Shown: positions 19,746-24,993 of the stretch, in pieces | Layout of the letters: each line of letters opens with the position of its first letter | Position numbering within the stretch: position 1 is the stretch's first letter | DNA from: Octopus sinensis | Taxonomy: Eukaryota | DNA length: 24,993 nucleotides | Assembly: GCF_006345805.1 (NCBI RefSeq) | Contig: NW_021836219.1 | Coordinates: 1-24,993, forward strand | Reading direction: 5' to 3' | Position numbers and translations under genes: made by a program | The notes under the pieces: model-generated | Database searches by the model: none | What the model was told of the DNA's origin: nothing | Seen by the model: only the letters and a program-made list of their open reading frames with translations

Positions 19746-19869
19746 CTTAGATATTTTCTCTCCATGGACCTGTCTTAGTTCATGTTCATATTTTATTATA
19801 CATTATTTTCTTTGCTTTATTTATTCTCGAAAACTCTCCAGGTGCTCATGCACGCACGATATCCCTCAC

Positions 19870-19942
19870 CATGCCAACGATGTTGTTCCATGAAAAAGAC
19901 AAGGGCCCATAAGACTTGGCGCCAATGATATCAAAGGTGTCG
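19870..19942 (-). CDS. Candidate internal coding exon, phase 2 to 0: (x)[24 protein letters not shown]
   Basis: Acceptor cctattttttcttccAG (19944-19943) and donor atg|GTGAGG (19869). The 73-nt exon is open in the frame shown, in unique sequence. Product not recognised. Confidence 0.5.
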
Positions 19943-20114
19943 CTGGAAGAAAAAATAGGGACCAGATATTGCATGTCGTCTGTTGCTTTAATAATGCCAC
20001 AAAACAGCCACCTACGACAGGTGCTTAGGGTTTGATCTTGAAAAAGCGAAATTCAAAGGTGTTCTTGACAGGATTTGGTCGTTCTTTCTTTGTCTTTGTC
20101 TGTCTGTTGCTTCT

Positions 20115-20256
20115 CACGTATACACATGCACACATTCACACACGCATATGCATGTATACATATATACATACATGCATGTAGACATACGCATATATACATA
20201 CATACATACATACATGCATGTACACATACGCTATATACATACATACATATATATAT

Positions 20257-20304
<48 letters not shown>

Positions 20305-20318
20305 TATATATATATGCA

Positions 20319-20355
<37 letters not shown>

Positions 20356-20585
20356 AATATATATATATGTATGTATGTATAGCTAGCTAGATAGATAGAT
20401 AGATACATGTATATATGTATGTATGCATGTATATATATATATATATATATATGCATACATACATACACACACACACCATCACACGGACACACACACATAC
20501 CCACATATATACATACATTCATACATACATGCACACATACATACATACACACACATATATATATATATATGTATGTATGTATGTT
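20115..20585. repeat. Mixed (TA)/(TACA)/(GATA)/(CA) microsatellite field
   Basis: Read directly. Confidence 0.9.
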
Positions 20586-20789
20586 TATACTAGTCTGCCA
20601 ATAATCGTTAGATTTCAAGAGACATGTGTGATCTCAGTGAAGATCGATAATGTATCATCAATTCAGTTTTAACTATCTAATCGATCGAATTAGAAGCCAA
20701 GAAATTTCCGGTGAATGTTGTACAGCTTTTAATGGACAAAATTGAAATACAGTCAATCAAACCAACAGCAGTTGTTACTGTTGTTGTTA

Positions 20790-20895
20790 TTGGCTTCGGC
20801 GACCTCAGCCTACGGTAGAAAACGTTCGCTCAATGCGAAATGGGATCGAACTCGACATCTTGGGATTACGAGACGAATTTCTTAAATACACAATC
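20790..20895 (-). mobile_element. Old diverged SINE A head, head-to-head with the young plus-strand copy
   Basis: ggcttcggcgacctcagcctacggtagaaaacgttcgctcaa...gggatcgaactc aligns to family A minus-strand text, B box included. Confidence 0.55.
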
Positions 20896-20932
20896 AATGT
20901 CGTTGCTTCTGTTTTTGCATTTATTGCTGATG

Positions 20933-21350
20933 TAGGCGTAGGAGTGGCTGTGTGGTAAGTAGCTTGCTTACCAACCACATGGTTCCGGGTTCAGTCCCAC
21001 TGCGTGGCACCTTGGGTAAATGTCTTCTACTATAGCCTCAGGCCGACCGAAGCCTTGTGAGTGGATTTGGTAGACGGAAACTGAAAGAAGCCCGTCGTAT
21101 GTATATGTATATATATATATATGTGTGTGCGTGTGTATCTGTGTTTGTCCCCCCAACATCACTTGACAACCGATGCTGGTGTGTTTACGTCCCCGTAACT
21201 TAGCGGTTCGGCAAAAAAGAGACCGATAAAATAAGTACTAGGCTTACAAAGAATAAGTCCTGGGGTCGATTTGCTCGACTAAAAGGCGGTGCTCCAGCAT
21301 GGCCACAGTCACATGACTGAAACAAGTAAAGAGTAAAAGAGTAAAAAGAG
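20933..21350 (+). mobile_element. SINE family A, full length (about 415 bp): tRNA head, CORE-like segment, internal (TA)/(TG) microsatellite, (AGAGTAAA)n tail
   Basis: taggcgtaggagtggctgtgtggtaag (A box)...gggttcagtccc (B box)...ccttgggtaaatgtctt (CORE-like)...aaacaagtaaagagtaaaagagtaaaaagag. Confidence 0.92.
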
Positions 21351-21548
21351 ATGTTATCATTACTGTTTTCTCCCGAGGCGGCCCAGATCCAGAAGGCATA
21401 TTATCAAAGGCGCTTCAGTCGTGACAACCTTACTTTTGTTTCCCTTTTTTTTTTCCGAATCTAAGGCTTGCAACACTTTTAGACATTTAGTTGTGTAGGA
21501 TGTGATATTGGCACTTGTTGGGTTGCCTCACACACTTCCTTACATAGT

Positions 21549-21959
21549 TGTAGAAAGGAAAATAGCGGGAACAAGAATCTCCGAACAAATGACAATAATG
21601 ATTTATTTCGCCGAAATAAGCATTTTCATCTCTGGACATCGGTAGCCTGGACGCCGGGGTGGAAGCAGCAGGGTTCGTAGTTAGGCACAAACTCTCAAAC
21701 TCACAAACTCACAGGCTCGCAACGTCGCTCGCCGCCAGAATGCCAGCTCGACGGAGCTGGTCTCAGTCGCATCCTGTCTGGTCAGAAGCCGGGGGCACGA
21801 AGAGAGAGAATAGCGATCAAACCTAGCTGCTGCTGCTGATGATGATGATGACTGCGCATGCGCATTGGGGGACTTCCGGCAGACCTTCCGGAAGACTGAT
21901 ACTTGCGCATGCGCAGATGAAAAATCCCAAAATGGCGTCTGGAACCTGGAGTCACTACA
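21549..21959 (-). mobile_element. Probable solo LTR (411 bp)
   Basis: Termini TGTAG...CTACA. On the minus strand, promoter motifs come first and AATAAA (21607-21602) sits about 55 bp before the CA end. It interrupts family E. The TSD is imperfect (atagt/gttgt, 3/5). Confidence 0.6.
21853..21937. promoter_or_regulatory. Cluster of NRF1-type TGCGCATGCGCA x2, ETS/GABP CCGGAAG sites and a YY1-type CAAAATGGCG motif
   Basis: TGCGCATGCGCA at 21853-21864 and 21904-21915; ACTTCCGG 21872-21879; palindromic CTTCCGGAAG 21885-21894; CAAAATGGCG 21928-21937. Confidence 0.7.
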
Positions 21960-22151
21960 GTTGTAATTCGCAGGAGATTTGGCTGCTATTTCTTGCAGAT
22001 TGTAGGACAGCGCGGTGGCTCTTCGGCGACTCGTTCTTTATATTTTACGAAGGCAGAGTGTGATTCGAGGGGAAATCGGCTCTTGTGTGTGGTGGTAGCT
22101 GTAGCCACCATCATTCAGCGGTCTCCTACGCTTGTTTGATCGACTTCGTTT

Positions 22152-22545
22152 GGAAGCACTCCGTCGGTTACGACGACGAGGGTTCCGGTTGATCCGAATC
22201 AACGGAACAGCCTGCTCGTGAAATTAACGTGTAAGTGGCTGAGCACTCCACAGACACGTGTACCCTTAACGTAGTTCTCGGGGATATTCAGCGTGACACA
22301 GAGAGTGACAAGGCCGGCCCCTTTGAAATACAGGTACAACAGAAACAGGAAGTGAGAGTGAGAGAAAGTTGTGGTGAAAGAGTACAGCAGGGATCACCAC
22401 CATCCCCTGCCGGAGCCTCGTGGGGCTTTAGGTGTTTTCGGTGTTTTCGCTCAATAAACACTCACAACGCCCGGTCTGGGAATCGAAACCGCGATCCTAC
22501 GACCGCGAGTCCGCTGCCCTAACCACTGGGCCATTGCGCCTCCAC
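22152..22545 (-). mobile_element. SINE family B, full length, with perfect 14-bp TSD
   Basis: GATCGACTTCGTTT at 22138-22151 and 22546-22559. Internal 9-bp duplication ggtgttttc at about 22430-22449. Confidence 0.95.
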
Positions 22546-22769
22546 GATCGACTTCGTTTATTTATTCATTGAGAAGTTTTCATCTTCTCGGTGTATTTAC
22601 GTTGACGTCCTGCGGCTTACAATCAACGTCACTCTTTCTAGTAACCAAACCTGTTCGATATCGATTCTGTTAGGTCTAGGTAACTTTAGTTTAAGCACGT
22701 AAATCAGATTTTAAAGGATAATAATAAAGTAAATAGTAATTTAGGTAAATTCATTCACTTTTTTTTATC

Positions 22770-23162
22770 TTTATTTTTTATCTTTTCCTTTCTTTTCTCA
22801 TTAGATTGCGGCCATGCTGGGGCACCGCCCTGAAGGATTTAATCGATCGAATCAACTCACTCCAGTACTTGTTTTAAATCTAGTACCTATTCTATCGATC
22901 TTATGCCATCTTTTGCCAAACCTCTAGGTCTGATAAGCGATGAATGGAGATGCAACACAAAGATGTACACACACACACACAAATATATATATATACATAT
23001 ATACGACGGGCTTCTTTTCAGTTTCCGTCCACAAAATCCACTCACAAGGCTTTGGTCGGCCCGAGGCTATAATAGAAGACACTTGCCCAAGGTGTTAAGC
23101 AGTGGAGCTGAACCCGGAGCCATGTTGTTTGTAAGCAAGTTACTTACCACACAGCCACTCCT
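22770..23162 (-). mobile_element. SINE family A copy with rearranged or shortened 3' half
   Basis: Head ...ttacttaccacacagccactcc and body cagtttccgtccacaaaatccactcacaaggctttggtcggcccgaggctata match family A. Confidence 0.85.
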
Positions 23163-23694
23163 TTGTGCAATAAAATTTGATAATGGAACTCTAGACAACC
23201 CTTTTACTAAATTATCAGCATCTGTTCTTATATACTTAAATATCATAAAATATTTATAATAGGAGAGTCTCTTACAATTACTGTGATGCAGCAGTAAATT
23301 ACATCACTGATGCAATCGCTATGTAATTACATGTCGGCCCTAGACGTTCGAACCTCTTTTTCTCGTTTAATCACGAGGAAGGGACATTGGCTATGATATT
23401 TTACACTGACTCCATTAGCAGCGGAAAGGAGTGAAAAAAAGAATCTTCAAATCGGATACTTGGTGCAAATGCTTGTAATGGAGTGCACATCGCTAGAGTC
23501 ACTCAAAGACGAAGTGCTGGTGTTAATAAGGACGCGTTGATTAAGTTTACCTCTTAAGTAGGTTAGGCCGGGATTTGAACTCACAACGAAAAAAGACTCT
23601 GACGAAATGCCAATTTACCACATAACTCAAGTCCCTGAATGCAAACTACATGAAACTGTGCTCTCATCAATTTGGTTTCAAATTTTGGCAAAGG

Positions 23695-23892
23695 CCAGCA
23701 ATTTCGGGTGAGGGTAGTAGTAAGTCGATTACACTAACCCCAGTGTCCAACTCATCCTTATATTATCGACCTCAAAAGGATGACAGGCTAAGTGGACCTC
23801 GGCGATATTTGCACCCAGAACATAAAGACGGACGAAATGCCTTTAGACGGACGAAATGCCTGGCATGCTAGCGATCGTGCTAGCTCGCTGCC
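23695..23892 (-). mobile_element. SINE family D copy with a 17-bp duplication in the head hairpin
   Basis: agacggacgaaatgcct at 23826-23842 and 23845-23861. Central domain ttatcgacctcaaaaggatgac. Confidence 0.75.
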
Positions 23893-24256
23893 TTTGTGCT
23901 CCCGTTAATTTAAAATGTATTTAGCGATAAGGAAGTAATATATTTTAATTAACACATACCGCGCGCTGCAAATGGATATCGGATAATTAAAACTGTGGTG
24001 TTATACTTATGTGTAAGTGCTTCTACGCAGATGTGAGTATTGTTTTGGCTTCACTGCAGTTCATGGAGATAGAAAGTATGTTGAGGTGGAGTTAGAAAAT
24101 GTGATTAAAATTAAGATCCATAAGCTTCTATATGTGGTCCTTTGACCTTTTAACCCTATTTGAAAATTACTGTTGTTCAATACTTCCTCTTGGTTCAATC
24201 TTTATATCTCCAGCCGTCTGTTTCCTATTGAATTCATTTATATTATATTTTTATAT

Positions 24257-24670
24257 TACTCTTTTACTTGTTTCAGTCATTTGACTGCGGCCATGCTGGA
24301 GCACCGCCTTTAGTCGAGCAATCGAACCCCGGGACTTATTCTTTGTAAGCCCAGTACTTATCTATCGGTCTCTTTTGCCGAACCGCTAAGTGACGGGGAC
24401 GTAAACACACCAGCATCGGTTGTCAAGCAATGCTAGAGGGACAAACACAGACACACAAACACATACACGCACATACATATATATATATATATACATACAT
24501 ATATATTACGGGCTTCTTTCAGTTTCCGTCTACCAAATCCACTCACAAGGCATTGGTCGGCCCGGGGCTATAGCAGAAGACACTTGCCCAAGATGCCATG
24601 CAGTGGGAATGAACCCGGAACCATGTGGTTGGTTAGCAAGCTACTTACCACACAGCCACTCCTGCGCCTA
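24257..24670 (-). mobile_element. SINE family A, full length
   Basis: Reverse-complement partner of 20933-21350 from tail (tactcttttac) to head (cctgcgccta). Confidence 0.92.
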
Positions 24671-24993
24671 TGTAATTTTAAATACTTTTTTAAAGCTCAT
24701 TTTTTTCACTTTTTTATATTTACTATAATTACTTTACTTCCTCTTCTTATCCCTTTCTGTTTTTTGTTAACATTAACGACGGTCAATTGCCTGATCATAG
24801 ACCAGCACCTTAATTAATATGAAACAAGTCTTTATTTTTACTGACCATATACCAAGCCAAATTTATCTACTCTCGGTCTGCCTTACATCGTATATATCAA
24901 GAGAAAATTTTGCATGCATACTTAGAGTTAAATCATTGCTGTAACATGATATTCCGTTGATCTGATGAGCTAGCTTTCTTTATCTGCATTGAT

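Larger units (their letters stand above)
21352..22030 (-). mobile_element. Family E element split by the LTR-like insertion (21352-21548 and 21960-22030)
   Basis: The left part (ggcggcccagatccagaaggcatattatcaaaggcgcttcagtcgtgacaacc) is the reverse of the 11230-11300 region. The right part (gttgtaattcgcaggagatttggctgctatttcttgcagat) is the reverse of the E core motif. Confidence 0.6.

Noticed and set aside
21931-22063. AAAATGGCG start and ORF MASGTWSHYSC...
   Set aside because: It crosses the LTR end into family E sequence. The motif is better explained as a YY1-type site.
23335-23370. Possible reverse hammerhead-like text gacgttcgaacctc
   Set aside because: It lacks GAAA and any CUGANGA core, and is too degenerate.

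Overview
This is AT-rich, microsatellite-dense eukaryotic DNA, mostly intronic or intergenic. The repeat families and the density of (TA)n/(CA)n/(GATA)n/(ATT)n arrays point to a coleoid cephalopod, most likely Octopus (inference, not verified). No complete gene, rRNA, true tRNA or CRISPR array is visible, and almost every ORF in the six-frame track is a translation of microsatellites or SINEs. The window is dominated by at least four tRNA-derived SINE families, given working names A, B, C and D. It also holds one unclassified repeat (family E), two internally deleted mariner elements, a hAT MITE, a Mutator-like foldback element, the 3' end of an L1/Tx1-type LINE, two Penelope-like terminal-repeat fragments with hammerhead-ribozyme-like motifs, and a probable solo LTR nested in family E. 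A few isolated exon candidates with good splice signals lie on both strands (+5411-5528, +2923-3062; -19942-19870, -16082-16048, -8878-8760), but I could not confidently identify the gene(s). The four leads that most deserve follow-up are: (1) a hairpin in the SINE-D head where four separate copies are rearranged; (2) a 3' tail shared by SINE-D and the adjacent LINE; (3) a near-canonical minimal hammerhead fold at 14646-14680; (4) a solo LTR with housekeeping-type promoter motifs and splice donors that could splice in frame to the downstream minus-strand exon.
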